Virus record (IMG/VR): IMGVR_UViG_3300029286_000011
DNA: 64,000 bases
Strand: one strand, 5' to 3'
DNA from: a virus
Taxonomy: Duplodnaviria; Caudoviricetes
Shown here: one piece after another, positions 36,049 through 45,774 of the stretch
Position numbering within the stretch: the stretch's first letter is position 1
Layout: each line of letters starts with the position of its first letter
Notes under the pieces: generated by a model
Seen by the model: only the letters and a program-made list of their open reading frames with translations
Databases searched by the model: none
Told to the model about the DNA's origin: nothing
Program-made: the position numbers and the translations under genes

Positions 36049-39000
36049 TCACTGGTCTATCTCAACTACAGCATTAGCAGGCAGATCGCCACGTAGGTAG
36101 GCTGCGATTGCGTCCTGTTGCGACCGCATGTAATGCACTCTGGACTTACCCTTGGCTCGGCTAGTGCCTGCATACAGGCCACCTAGAAATTCAGTTGTGG
36201 GTGCGTGTACGGGCGTCTTGAAATCTGCAGGGCTTAGCAAATTACGGCTGGGCAACATGCGTTCAACAGCGTCTCGCTTCGCCTCTTCTGACACCGGCAC
36301 ATGAAACTGCATGGCGTCACCGTCGAAGTCAGCATTGAAGCCTTTGACGATGAGCGGACTAATCTGCATCGTTTTACCTTTAGTCAGCTGTGGCCAGAAT
36401 GCCATGATGCCAAAGCGATGCAGCACCGGTGCGCGATTTATGATGACAGGCCGATTAGCCATTTCGGCCAGCATTTCTTTCTTGGCCGTGGGCGTTCGTT
36501 CCTTGGCCTGTCGTGCAGCTTCTACAATGTTAAGCCCCTTGCGGTGCAACCTACGCACAATGAAGTTCTTATAGATGTCCCAAGCTCGATCCTCAGGGAT
36601 GGCTACTTGATCCATATCCAAGTCAGGATTTGGACTAATGACAGCGCGACCTACAAGATCCACGGTGGTGCTTATGAGTCGGCGCTGTACAGTGTTGCCC
36701 GAGAAGAACGGTTTGCCGTTCCTCCGTACATAGACAATGCCATTAGGCACACTGACACAGTGAACCTGCCCAACATAATTCACAACCTTGTGACTTTTCT
36801 TACCTTCAGCAACGACAAACTTGCTGTCGGAAAGATTTATTCGGCAAAGTGGCTGACAGACCTCGTCTCGCGCCGGCATCCAACGAAGACGAGCAGTCAC
36901 ACCCAGCTTGCACGCGATTTCCTGTATATCGCCGGCAAGAGCCTCGCTGATCGTATGCGCATTCTGATGACGGGACAACAACTGGCCACAATTCTTGTGC
37001 GTTACGCCTCCACCGTTTTGCCTTGGACTGTATCGTCGCGTTCCATCTCCGTCGAGATAAGCAAGAAAGAACGCTTTCAAAAAAGGTGCATCCCAGTCAC
37101 GAATCTTAGCTGACAACTTTTTGGTTTTTGAGCCAGTTCGAACATTCGTTGTCAGCCACTTCGCCAGGTCTTTCGACCGGATTGACCATTGCCACACCCA
37201 AGTCTTGCCCTTACTACTTGCACGAAAGTATTTACCAACAGAAAACTTGATGCCAAGCGATTGTACAAGTCGAGCTATTTCCTTGCACTTCACCTCATGC
37301 TTGACTGCTTGACACAGTTGTATGCAGTCACGTTTACGATCGCCTAGCCAACCCTCTGCTGCCCACCAGCCGACAAATGCCGCAAAGTCTTGTAGCCTGC
37401 ATGATTTGCTCAAGAAACTAGGACGACGACGATGACCACGCCACGTCGAGGCAGCTGTACGAAACCATTTGCGGTTGCCGTTGGCGGCAGTCATATACGC
37501 ACGCTCAATTTGCCAGCCAGCCTCCATGTCATCGGCGCTATCCACATCTCCGCGACGATAACGTATCCAATTACGGTGATTAGGCGTTACGACAGAATCC
37601 AAGCCGCGAGAGGTACCAAACCAGAACAACTCACCATCATAGTCCCAGTGGAATACTCCTTTCGTCATCTGCCATTCAAACGCGCCTGTGTCCGGGTTCA
37701 ATGTTCCTACCTGGGTATCGTCAGTAAGCTCCGGGAATTTCACCCAGCCGTCTTTTGTCAAAATTTCTGTATCGTCGTCATAGCAGCCAAACTTTGGACT
37801 TGAGCCAAACACACGGGACAATATGCCCTTCACTCGTTTCTGTTGCAGCTTGGGGTGAACAGGGTCGCCAAGACCTGTGATAGCCTTGAACGTGTTGTAC
37901 ACAGCTAACCGCTCATCACCGACGTCTGACACTTTGCCTTGAAGCTCTTTCAGATTATCAACAGCGTCGAAGGCATCTTTGTACAAATAGTTGACGTCTG
38001 ACACAAGCGGTAGATTGGAGTCCTGCATCACACTGATCGGACGAAACATAGGCGGCAAAACAGGTATCTTGGATATCATCCAATCACCTGGATGTATGCC
38101 GAGCTCCTTGGCCGACTTCAAATATCCGAGTTTACGGATCGCTGTGTCTCTAGCAGTCTTCTTGCTGCCGTGTATCTGCGCTCGTGCTAACTCAATCTCG
38201 TGATCCAGATTGAGCTTCTGCAATGCCGTCTGAATAGCCTTAGGTCCCTTGCCAGTCGGCAACGAGTCCTTACCAGCCAAAACATCAAGGAACTTTTGTT
38301 CCGTGAGTCCGAGAATACGGCGTATTGGCTCCTCCATCACTGGCGAAGGCATTACCTCAGGCAACCGTATAAAAGACCAACGATTGCCGTCAGTACCACC
38401 TGTCAACGACGGGTCAAACAAACCGCCAGGAACCGGCTTTAGCGCACCTTCACGATCAAGCTGCATAGTCTTGGCCGTCTTCAACTCACGGGTGCCGGCC
38501 ATTACGTCTACATCTTTATCGGTCAGAGCCATTAGCTGCAGCTTAGACCCTGTGGGCACAACATTGATTCCAGCGCCCTTCAGCTCACTGACAAACTTTT
38601 GCCACACCATCGGCACCTTAGTAGCCGTGGGTGTGTGACCTTGCATGAGCTTGAGCCAGAAGTCTTCGTTACGTTGTCCACGAATCTGCATAGCGTCTTG
38701 CAGCACACCAACAGACCCGTGGCTCAACAGAGCACTGGTGTCCATGAGACTGATCCGCTTACTTCCAGTCTCCCCTCCTTTAGAGGGACTGCCTTCAGAT
38801 GTGTAGCCGCCAGTGCCTCGACCTTGGCTCTTAGACTCTGCAGTATGTGCAAGCTTCATGATGAAGCGATTGCCAACAAGCACGTCCTTGATCTTACGCC
38901 CCGTCTCAGGGTCGATGATGTCTTCGGTATCCTTCATACCGTGCTTGGCCAACTCGTCCATCGCGTACTTGACCATGTCCTGGTCTGTTTCAAAATCGAT

Positions 39001-42000
39001 GGGCTTATATGGCTTGCCGGTTATGGCAGCTATCTTGCCTAGCGCAGCCTCTACAACCTGCGCTGGATTTCCACGTGTAATCACGCCCAGAGGATTAGCC
39101 AACACTTCCAGCGGTCGTCCCTGGCTGTCATGCGGCATTTTCTCATCAGGGATGATTCCGGAGATTATGCCCTTATCGCCATATCTGCCACTGTTACCAC
39201 ACCATACTGGTTTGCCATTACGTCTAACATACAGTACATGATTTTTAGGCAGGCTCACACAGTACACCTGCCCATTAAAATGAACCCATTGCTCCTTCTG
39301 TCCTAACTGCTTACTACAATGGCCGTGATTGATCTCAGGCTGGTTTTTGCTGCGATAAATTGACACCCAATAGCGTTTGCGGAACCTGTATCGACGACCC
39401 TTTATGACACCAATTCTACTAGGTTGAAAATCAATATTGGCACTCATACCTAGATGCAAGGCTAATCGTTGAACATCATCTGCCAGTCGTCGAGACGTGG
39501 TGTGATACGCATGTGATGTACCTGTGCAAGAACCATCACCCCACATAAGCCAATCGTACAGTACTTGAAGCGTAGCCCTATCCCAGTTGAAAACGCTTAA
39601 TGGGATAAACTTTTGCCAACACTTACCAAACTGACGTAGATGCTGATACCACTGCAGACTGTAAACGCGAATCTTAGTCTTTCGGCTGTGTTCGCTAAAT
39701 TTGACACCCATCTGGCGTAACGCACATAGCAGATGTTTGCGACCTGGTTGTTTAATTTGCGTGATATCGAAGCCACAACCATGCCGGCCAGAATTGAATG
39801 TATTGCCTTCAGACAGGAACGCGCCGAGAACAGCTGCGTAAGTCTTCACTGGTACCTTCAATGCCGGGATGACCCTTTTACCGCGACCGCTCTGACCTGC
39901 TTTAACAGTTACAGCCGCTAGCGTCACGAATTTAGGACTACGCCCGATCCATTCGCCGTCACGCTTCAACCGATATCGCTTACCGTACAGATGTCTAGCT
40001 TCAATTAACGAATAATGCTTACTGTTTCTCGGTTGTGCGTAAAGACTGTGATTGTCAGTGACACACAAACTGACCTGCGTTGTTTCCAAGGAGTACATAG
40101 GCCCGGTGTACGAAAACTGCTGTATTGCCGCCGGTAACAAATACTCTATCTGATTATCGGCTGTAAGTGACGCACAGCGATCACGCGGGGTTATCGACGA
40201 AATCAATTTCCACCCTGTGGCTGTTAGGCACTCCGTATCAGGGCTGTAGCACAGCTTGTCCCCGACTTCGGTGCTAGCTATCGATTTGACAACTACAGTG
40301 ACACCCTTGTCGTTTCGTACGACGTCAGTCACCTCGCCAGGAGAATGGTGGTTCCACAACACACTGGCGTCAGTGAAAGACTTGGCACCCTTCTTATGCA
40401 CACGACCATAACTCGGCGTGCGCTCTTGTGCCGCAACTATCAGCGGGTCATCTTCGCTGACGATAGAGCCGGGTCGAACAATGCCGTCGTCATCCAGTTG
40501 GCCAAGTTGCTTGCGGTCGAACTTCGTTGCAAACAACGAGACAAATGCCTTCTTCCCGACCTTATGAGAATCGCTGGGCTCAAACTTGTGTTGATACATA
40601 TGTTCGCTGTCGAGACGCTTGGCAAAGCTCTCTGACACAACATAAGCATCTTCGAAGTTCAATCCACCGAATGGTACGTAGGCAATACGGGCGTTCTTAC
40701 CTAACGCCAAAGCACCTGTCTTGTCCGTGGAATTTGTACGTACTAGCAAATCACCCGGCTTGAATACATCACCAGGCTTAACCGTGGCAAACTGGTGATG
40801 ATAGCTCTTACGATTGTTCGGATAATTGTTGTACAGCGGGAAGGTCTGCTTATTGCCATCTTCGTACTGCACTGTCAGTGCGTCAGCTGTGGCGTCTAGC
40901 ACACGACCAGCTTTGTCAGAGAATACCGTACCGAGCTTACGAGCATACTCTTCCTCGTAGCTAGCGCCCGGCTTATCCGGCATACCTGACTGAACCCACG
41001 GAGCCTCAGGATCAACAAGATTGAGGGCCTGCGTAATGAACCTGGAGCCCATGACAGTGCGCTGGCCCTTAACCATGCTCTTGAGCGGCACTAGATTGCC
41101 TAATGGCGACATGGCTTGTTCGAAATGCGGTACGACATAGTCGACATCGCTCTTCTTCACCCACTGCATACGCCCGTTACGCATGGCAACGACGCGAGGC
41201 AGCTGCGTGTTCATCTCACCTGGAAATGCTATCGTGGAGTTGGCAATGTCTTGTGGCGATCTGTAGACCTGTTTGCCAGTCTTGATGTCGACGAATGGTG
41301 AGTACAGCTTGCCGCCAGGGCCTTTGCGCGAAGCTCGTGCAAAGTACACATCCACACCGCTACGATAAGACTCAGGAGTACGCAGCGGATCGACAAAGTT
41401 CAGATGCGACGGCTGCACCGTTCGGGCATCTTCTGGCACAGCGTCCATGCTGGACAGACCACCCTCACCCATACGAGTAAGCTTCCATAGCTTATCGTAT
41501 ATCTCGGCGGAATTAACTTCTTCCAGGTTCTGACCAAGACCAGAGTTCAGCAGCGCTGATTCAAGCTGCTTTCCCAAGGCATTAGCAGGAATAGCCGACA
41601 AGCCATTCTTGAATGTGGCCCTGTACAGCAGCTTTCTACGCATACCGCCGTAGTCTTTGGCAAGACGCTCAGCAAAGATGTCTTCAGGAGAATGCACAGT
41701 CTGGAAGGCTAGATGATCACGGTCATCCACTTCCTGCTTACCTTGTGAGATAGCAAGCAGTTTCTTCGTAGTATCCAAAATGGCCGGCAATGTCAGTCGA
41801 TCATACGGCTTTCCGAGCGTAGCTTTTGTGACCTCAGGATCAAGCCGCATGTCTGATAGCGACTTGGCTAGCATCTCACGACGCATGTTGTCGTCGGCAT
41901 CAGCTGGAACCCTAGACACAAAACGCTGTACCAGTTTGTGAAGCGCTACCGTCTTATCCGCACCGCTGTTGGCAGCGAGAATATCAGGGCCCCACGCTTC

Positions 42001-42642
42001 ATTAAGCATCTTGTCGTCGGCACCCATGGCCCGTAGCAACGGAATCATGGGAATCTTGGCCTGTCCTACGCGGGCGTAAAAGACACCCTTGGCAGGATCA
42101 AGAAAGTAACGATGTGCACGACCTTCACCCGGCAACACGTTAACGTGTGCTTCTATCTCGTTGTTCTCTTTGACACGAGTGAATATACCGGGTCGCAACC
42201 GAAGCTGGCTGGTAAGCGTGTACTCGTTACCACGGAAGATGAATGTGCCTCGTTGTGTCATGTGAGGCACACGAGCTATAGTCATCTTTCGTTGTTCGAC
42301 AACTTGATTGTCGGCGGCATTGATGAGTCGCCACGTTCCTCGCAAACGCCTATCCAACGTACCGTTGGTAAGTACGGCCTTCTTCTCTTCAGCCGGCGTA
42401 CGTTCCTCGGGGTCAGCGTAATGTACGTCAGCCAGCTGCAAGCTGTAGCGATTGTTAGACAGCGGCTTGAGCTTCTGTGCCGCATCCAAGACATTGGCAT
42501 AAATGCCACGCCGTGTCTGCGCAGGATTACCAAACTCAGCCAGCGTAGTCTCATCAGGCTCTACAAATGCCGGTGGAGCAATCGGCGGCAATTCGTCGGC
42601 CTGCTTGTCGCACAGAAAAGCATCGTCACTGAAGACACTCAT
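36049..42642 (-). CDS. rpoBC: Phage RNA polymerase beta fused to beta' N-half (catalytic NADFDGD), with 2 inteins
   Basis: GTFIFRGNEY..SQL; GDKL/SGRYGDKG; NPLGVITR; GLFDP; PVLPPMFRP; GRAVI; NRAPVLHR; NADFDGD. Confidence 0.92.
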   Translation of the reverse strand: MSVFSDDAFLCDKQADELPPIAPPAFVEPDETTLAEFGNPAQTRRGIYANVLDAAQKLKPLSNNRYSLQLADVHYADPEERTPAEEKKAVLTNGTLDRRLRGTWRLINAADNQVVEQRKMTIARVPHMTQRGTFIFRGNEYTLTSQLRLRPGIFTRVKENNEIEAHVNVLPGEGRAHRYFLDPAKGVFYARVGQAKIPMIPLLRAMGADDKMLNEAWGPDILAANSGADKTVALHKLVQRFVSRVPADADDNMRREMLAKSLSDMRLDPEVTKATLGKPYDRLTLPAILDTTKKLLAISQGKQEVDDRDHLAFQTVHSPEDIFAERLAKDYGGMRRKLLYRATFKNGLSAIPANALGKQLESALLNSGLGQNLEEVNSAEIYDKLWKLTRMGEGGLSSMDAVPEDARTVQPSHLNFVDPLRTPESYRSGVDVYFARASRKGPGGKLYSPFVDIKTGKQVYRSPQDIANSTIAFPGEMNTQLPRVVAMRNGRMQWVKKSDVDYVVPHFEQAMSPLGNLVPLKSMVKGQRTVMGSRFITQALNLVDPEAPWVQSGMPDKPGASYEEEYARKLGTVFSDKAGRVLDATADALTVQYEDGNKQTFPLYNNYPNNRKSYHHQFATVKPGDVFKPGDLLVRTNSTDKTGALALGKNARIAYVPFGGLNFEDAYVVSESFAKRLDSEHMYQHKFEPSDSHKVGKKAFVSLFATKFDRKQLGQLDDDGIVRPGSIVSEDDPLIVAAQERTPSYGRVHKKGAKSFTDASVLWNHHSPGEVTDVVRNDKGVTVVVKSIASTEVGDKLCYSPDTECLTATGWKLISSITPRDRCASLTADNQIEYLLPAAIQQFSYTGPMYSLETTQVSLCVTDNHSLYAQPRNSKHYSLIEARHLYGKRYRLKRDGEWIGRSPKFVTLAAVTVKAGQSGRGKRVIPALKVPVKTYAAVLGAFLSEGNTFNSGRHGCGFDITQIKQPGRKHLLCALRQMGVKFSEHSRKTKIRVYSLQWYQHLRQFGKCWQKFIPLSVFNWDRATLQVLYDWLMWGDGSCTGTSHAYHTTSRRLADDVQRLALHLGMSANIDFQPSRIGVIKGRRYRFRKRYWVSIYRSKNQPEINHGHCSKQLGQKEQWVHFNGQVYCVSLPKNHVLYVRRNGKPVWCGNSGRYGDKGIISGIIPDEKMPHDSQGRPLEVLANPLGVITRGNPAQVVEAALGKIAAITGKPYKPIDFETDQDMVKYAMDELAKHGMKDTEDIIDPETGRKIKDVLVGNRFIMKLAHTAESKSQGRGTGGYTSEGSPSKGGETGSKRISLMDTSALLSHGSVGVLQDAMQIRGQRNEDFWLKLMQGHTPTATKVPMVWQKFVSELKGAGINVVPTGSKLQLMALTDKDVDVMAGTRELKTAKTMQLDREGALKPVPGGLFDPSLTGGTDGNRWSFIRLPEVMPSPVMEEPIRRILGLTEQKFLDVLAGKDSLPTGKGPKAIQTALQKLNLDHEIELARAQIHGSKKTARDTAIRKLGYLKSAKELGIHPGDWMISKIPVLPPMFRPISVMQDSNLPLVSDVNYLYKDAFDAVDNLKELQGKVSDVGDERLAVYNTFKAITGLGDPVHPKLQQKRVKGILSRVFGSSPKFGCYDDDTEILTKDGWVKFPELTDDTQVGTLNPDTGAFEWQMTKGVFHWDYDGELFWFGTSRGLDSVVTPNHRNWIRYRRGDVDSADDMEAGWQIERAYMTAANGNRKWFRTAASTWRGHRRRPSFLSKSCRLQDFAAFVGWWAAEGWLGDRKRDCIQLCQAVKHEVKCKEIARLVQSLGIKFSVGKYFRASSKGKTWVWQWSIRSKDLAKWLTTNVRTGSKTKKLSAKIRDWDAPFLKAFFLAYLDGDGTRRYSPRQNGGGVTHKNCGQLLSRHQNAHTISEALAGDIQEIACKLGVTARLRWMPARDEVCQPLCRINLSDSKFVVAEGKKSHKVVNYVGQVHCVSVPNGIVYVRRNGKPFFSGNTVQRRLISTTVDLVGRAVISPNPDLDMDQVAIPEDRAWDIYKNFIVRRLHRKGLNIVEAARQAKERTPTAKKEMLAEMANRPVIINRAPVLHRFGIMAFWPQLTKGKTMQISPLIVKGFNADFDGDAMQFHVPVSEEAKRDAVERMLPSRNLLSPADFKTPVHAPTTEFLGGLYAGTSRAKGKSRVHYMRSQQDAIAAYLRGDLPANAVVEIDQ
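36694..37785 (-). mobile_element. Intein D (364 aa) with LAGLIDADG endonuclease, in the beta' N-half
   Basis: FG|CYDDDT ... KPFFSGN|T; motifs VGWWAAEG and AYLDGDG. Confidence 0.9.
39193..40251 (-). mobile_element. Intein C (353 aa) with LAGLIDADG endonuclease, in the beta GDK(L)|SGR motif
   Basis: KL|CYSPDT ... KPVWCGN|S; motifs LGAFLSEG and LMWGDG. Confidence 0.9.
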
Positions 42643-42644
42643 TG

Positions 42645-43466
42645 TCAGACATCCTGGGCTGTAACGTCTTCATCACTGTTATCGACGTCAACCGGACGGG
42701 CGAACACAGGCACCGGACGGATTTGCGCCTGTGCATTCTCATACTTCTTGACAGCCTTGCGCAGTAGCTCGCTGGGGCTACGCTTTTTGGTGACGTCGTA
42801 CATCATTTTGGCTACGACGAGTGCAGGAAGCATGGCCACAGAGCCGTACATACCTGCAGCCTGTCCAAGTGTGTGCCCCCAGGAGGACGCCTGCTTCTCA
42901 TTGCTACTGATCAGATCGAACAAGTCTTCCAGAGCCGTGGACAACTCAGCAGTTTTGCCAGGCACTCCACGCAAGGTGCGTTCGTAGTCCTGCTCAGCAT
43001 CGGTTAGATCTGTTTGCAGATCGGCTTTATGCCGCTTGCCTAACAACCAATCGATCAGTTTCCAACCGCCATATGTGGCTGCCGTGGTACCGCCGATCAT
43101 TGCCGGTGCGGCCCAAGGAATACCGCTTGTATCCTCGGCGTAATGTCCGGCAAACCATTTCTTGAGAGGGTCGGTAAACGTATCAGGCGTCGGCACGGGG
43201 TTGGCCCGTTTCTGTAGCGGCTTTCGCTTAACAGGAATGTCCATGACTATAGGCTTTGGAACCTTGAGGCTTGGCGGCGAGATGTTACTGTGAGCCATGT
43301 TGTACAGCCCCAGCAAACCTCGTGAGCCGGCACCAACGCCAAGACCCATCGTCATAAGTGCCGCCAGCTGCTTGAAGGCTGTATTACGCAGCATCTCAGC
43401 GTTTGCTGACTGCAATACTTCGCTAGGCACTTTGCTAAGGTCCAATCCGTCTGCTTCGTTAGCCAT
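42645..43466 (-). CDS. Putative internal head/ejection protein with hydrophobic Gly-rich helices
   Basis: MGLGVGAGSRGLLG; KRAN, KTAE and KQAS motifs. Confidence 0.65.
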   Translation of the reverse strand: MANEADGLDLSKVPSEVLQSANAEMLRNTAFKQLAALMTMGLGVGAGSRGLLGLYNMAHSNISPPSLKVPKPIVMDIPVKRKPLQKRANPVPTPDTFTDPLKKWFAGHYAEDTSGIPWAAPAMIGGTTAATYGGWKLIDWLLGKRHKADLQTDLTDAEQDYERTLRGVPGKTAELSTALEDLFDLISSNEKQASSWGHTLGQAAGMYGSVAMLPALVVAKMMYDVTKKRSPSELLRKAVKKYENAQAQIRPVPVFARPVDVDNSDEDVTAQDV

Positions 43467-43860
43467 GTTTCGCTCCTGTTGTCGCCGGATTCAATTCTGG
43501 TGGTAAACGATGTTTGGCCAATTCTCGTTGAGGTACAGACCACACAACGTAAACCAGTATCGTCACACTACCATCCGGCCGTTTGACCCACTTTTCCTGC
43601 ATCCTGTAGATCACGTACCACTGATTCACAGAACGGTCTACGATTTCACGCAACTTATCACGCTGCGCAGGGTCGCCCATGTCGAAGATATCGATATCTG
43701 CATCATGGACTACCTCCGTGTACTTTTGGTATTCGTCGTCACGCAGTAGAACTGGTGCGCCCCTAAACGGCAGACCATCAACAGCCGTTCTACCAAAATG
43801 CAAAGGTCCTCTTTCATTGTCCGACGAAGTGTTCTTGTCACGATACTTGAGAAATGACAT
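43459..43860 (-). CDS. Hypothetical protein (133 aa)
   Basis: Overlapping-gene operon. Confidence 0.65.
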   Translation of the reverse strand: MSFLKYRDKNTSSDNERGPLHFGRTAVDGLPFRGAPVLLRDDEYQKYTEVVHDADIDIFDMGDPAQRDKLREIVDRSVNQWYVIYRMQEKWVKRPDGSVTILVYVVWSVPQRELAKHRLPPELNPATTGAKHG

Positions 43861-44795
43861 CAGGTAACTGTCCGGCCACGCTGTGGCGTTGTTTGTTTAC
43901 GCTGCTGTGCCTGTCTCCGTTGGCTCGCTTGTGCAGCTGCAATTCGAAGTTCTTCGATCCGTCGTCGAACACGGACGTCTTCCAAATCTTCGTCGCCAAG
44001 ATTCGTAAACTTGGCCAAGCCATAACCGCCAAGAGCACCAGCGCTTAACGGGGCGGCAAAAGCACTCACCAAACCCAAGGAGCCAAGCGTCTTGATTGCC
44101 GATGAAGACAAGTCTAGGCCAGTGCCAATAACCTTGTCTGCAGTGCCCTTTAGAAAGTCGTAGCCGGGTATCCATTCGGATATGTCAGCCTGCTTATTCA
44201 CGCGCTGCTGTTCGGCCGATTCCTTTTCCTTGAGGTACTTGGAGTTGACCACCCAAGGTAGCGCAGCGTTAACAGTGGCCATATCAACTAGCGCCGGCAT
44301 ATTGCGACGGATATTGGGGTGATGTAGAAAGTCGGCACCCCGCGCACCCTCGGGCAAGTACGTCATGGCATCTTCCAATCGATTGTTCCAGTGATTGGAA
44401 AGATAGCGACCCAGCAAACCTCCGCCAACACCGCCTACTCCAGCGCCGATGCCAGTGCCCAGGCCAGGATTATCCACCGCATAGCCTGACCCGGAGCCGA
44501 TGAGCCCGCCCCCCAAGGCCCCTATCAGGCTCCCCAGCACGGTGTCGATGTTGGGATTACGCATGTACTGCGCAATTGGCGCCGCAGAGCTGGTTCGTGG
44601 GAACCACTGTGACTTGCCAGCATCAATGTCACGACGATCACGCTCGGTGAGTTCGCGAGGAGCAGCCTGCTTTTCCAAGCTTACTTGCCCCAGGAGCAGT
44701 GCGTGCTTGACGTATGCGGTTGTCTCGTCGATAGTCATGCCGAGACTAGCGCAATGCGCAAGCATGGCTACTTTGAATGCTTCCTTGTCGGTCAT
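43860..44795 (-). CDS. Glycine-zipper protein
   Basis: LGSLIGALGGGLIG and GLGTGIGAGVGGVGGGLLG; EKQAA and NKQAD. Confidence 0.7.
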   Translation of the reverse strand: MTDKEAFKVAMLAHCASLGMTIDETTAYVKHALLLGQVSLEKQAAPRELTERDRRDIDAGKSQWFPRTSSAAPIAQYMRNPNIDTVLGSLIGALGGGLIGSGSGYAVDNPGLGTGIGAGVGGVGGGLLGRYLSNHWNNRLEDAMTYLPEGARGADFLHHPNIRRNMPALVDMATVNAALPWVVNSKYLKEKESAEQQRVNKQADISEWIPGYDFLKGTADKVIGTGLDLSSSAIKTLGSLGLVSAFAAPLSAGALGGYGLAKFTNLGDEDLEDVRVRRRIEELRIAAAQASQRRQAQQRKQTTPQRGRTVT

Positions 44796-44805
44796 CGCTG
44801 GCTCC

Positions 44806-45237
44806 TTACCAACTACGCACTAGTTCATCAAAATGTGTTGTGTCTACGATATGGACACCGGACGAACCTTGGGCCTGTCGAACACGATGTCGTGCAGCAC
44901 GATTGGCATGAGAGACAATAGCGTCGAACTCCTGCGACTGTTCTCGTGCATTACGGATAACAAGCTCCATGTCACAGACGAACTGCTGGAGCTTCATGCG
45001 CTCATTGGCGTAACCGCCGTCAGAGCTGTTAGTCACCATTTCGCTCAAAGCGATAGCACGCTTGGCGGCATCCTGCCAGAACATAGAGCCATACTTGCCC
45101 TTGCCCTCGTCAAAATAACAAACGACACCACCCTCAGCCCAGAACGTCATCGGCTTGCCCGCACCCCACAACGGGTACAGCTTAGCCATTGTTCCACTAG
45201 CCAATACGCGTGTAGGACGATACATCGATTGAGCCAT
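44806..45237 (-). CDS. Hypothetical protein (143 aa)
   Basis: ORF in the operon. Confidence 0.6.
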   Translation of the reverse strand: MAQSMYRPTRVLASGTMAKLYPLWGAGKPMTFWAEGGVVCYFDEGKGKYGSMFWQDAAKRAIALSEMVTNSSDGGYANERMKLQQFVCDMELVIRNAREQSQEFDAIVSHANRAARHRVRQAQGSSGVHIVDTTHFDELVRSW

Positions 45238-45249
45238 AACATGTTCCCC

Positions 45250-45774
45250 TCAAAAATATTCCCTAAGAAGTCCGTGCCGTCCTGTGGCGGCTGCAGTGGG
45301 TGGCATGTCAACCGGCGTAGGCTGAAATTGAATATTCCAGCACCAATCCGGTAGTGTCACACCCTGATCATCCGCCATCTGACGTAGTTGCAAAAGTCTA
45401 TGTGGCGTTAACGGGTTCTGATGCTGCCTAATGTACGTTGTAAGCAGCTCATCTGCAGTAGTCTTTGACAACACATTCTGATGCGACAGCGTAAGTAGCA
45501 GGCTGACTAGAGCGTTAGTCGGTTGCGTTACATACACTTGCTGTGCCGCATCCCAGCGAACAGTGTACGGCCCAAGACGAATAACCTGATCCGGCGACGG
45601 GCCTAACGTTTGTTCAGTGGGTTGTTGTCGAATTAGCGCCGTAGTGATACGCACAGAACGTCTACGCGCCACAGACTCTCCGTTGGTTCTCCCCCACCAA
45701 TCTGAAACCAATTGCCGATAACGCCTATCGGATGATTCCAGTTGCGGTGATATTCCGAAGAGACTGTTATTCAT
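45250..45774 (-). CDS. Hypothetical protein (174 aa)
   Basis: ATGA overlap with the upstream gene. Confidence 0.6.
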   Translation of the reverse strand: MNNSLFGISPQLESSDRRYRQLVSDWWGRTNGESVARRRSVRITTALIRQQPTEQTLGPSPDQVIRLGPYTVRWDAAQQVYVTQPTNALVSLLLTLSHQNVLSKTTADELLTTYIRQHQNPLTPHRLLQLRQMADDQGVTLPDWCWNIQFQPTPVDMPPTAAATGRHGLLREYF

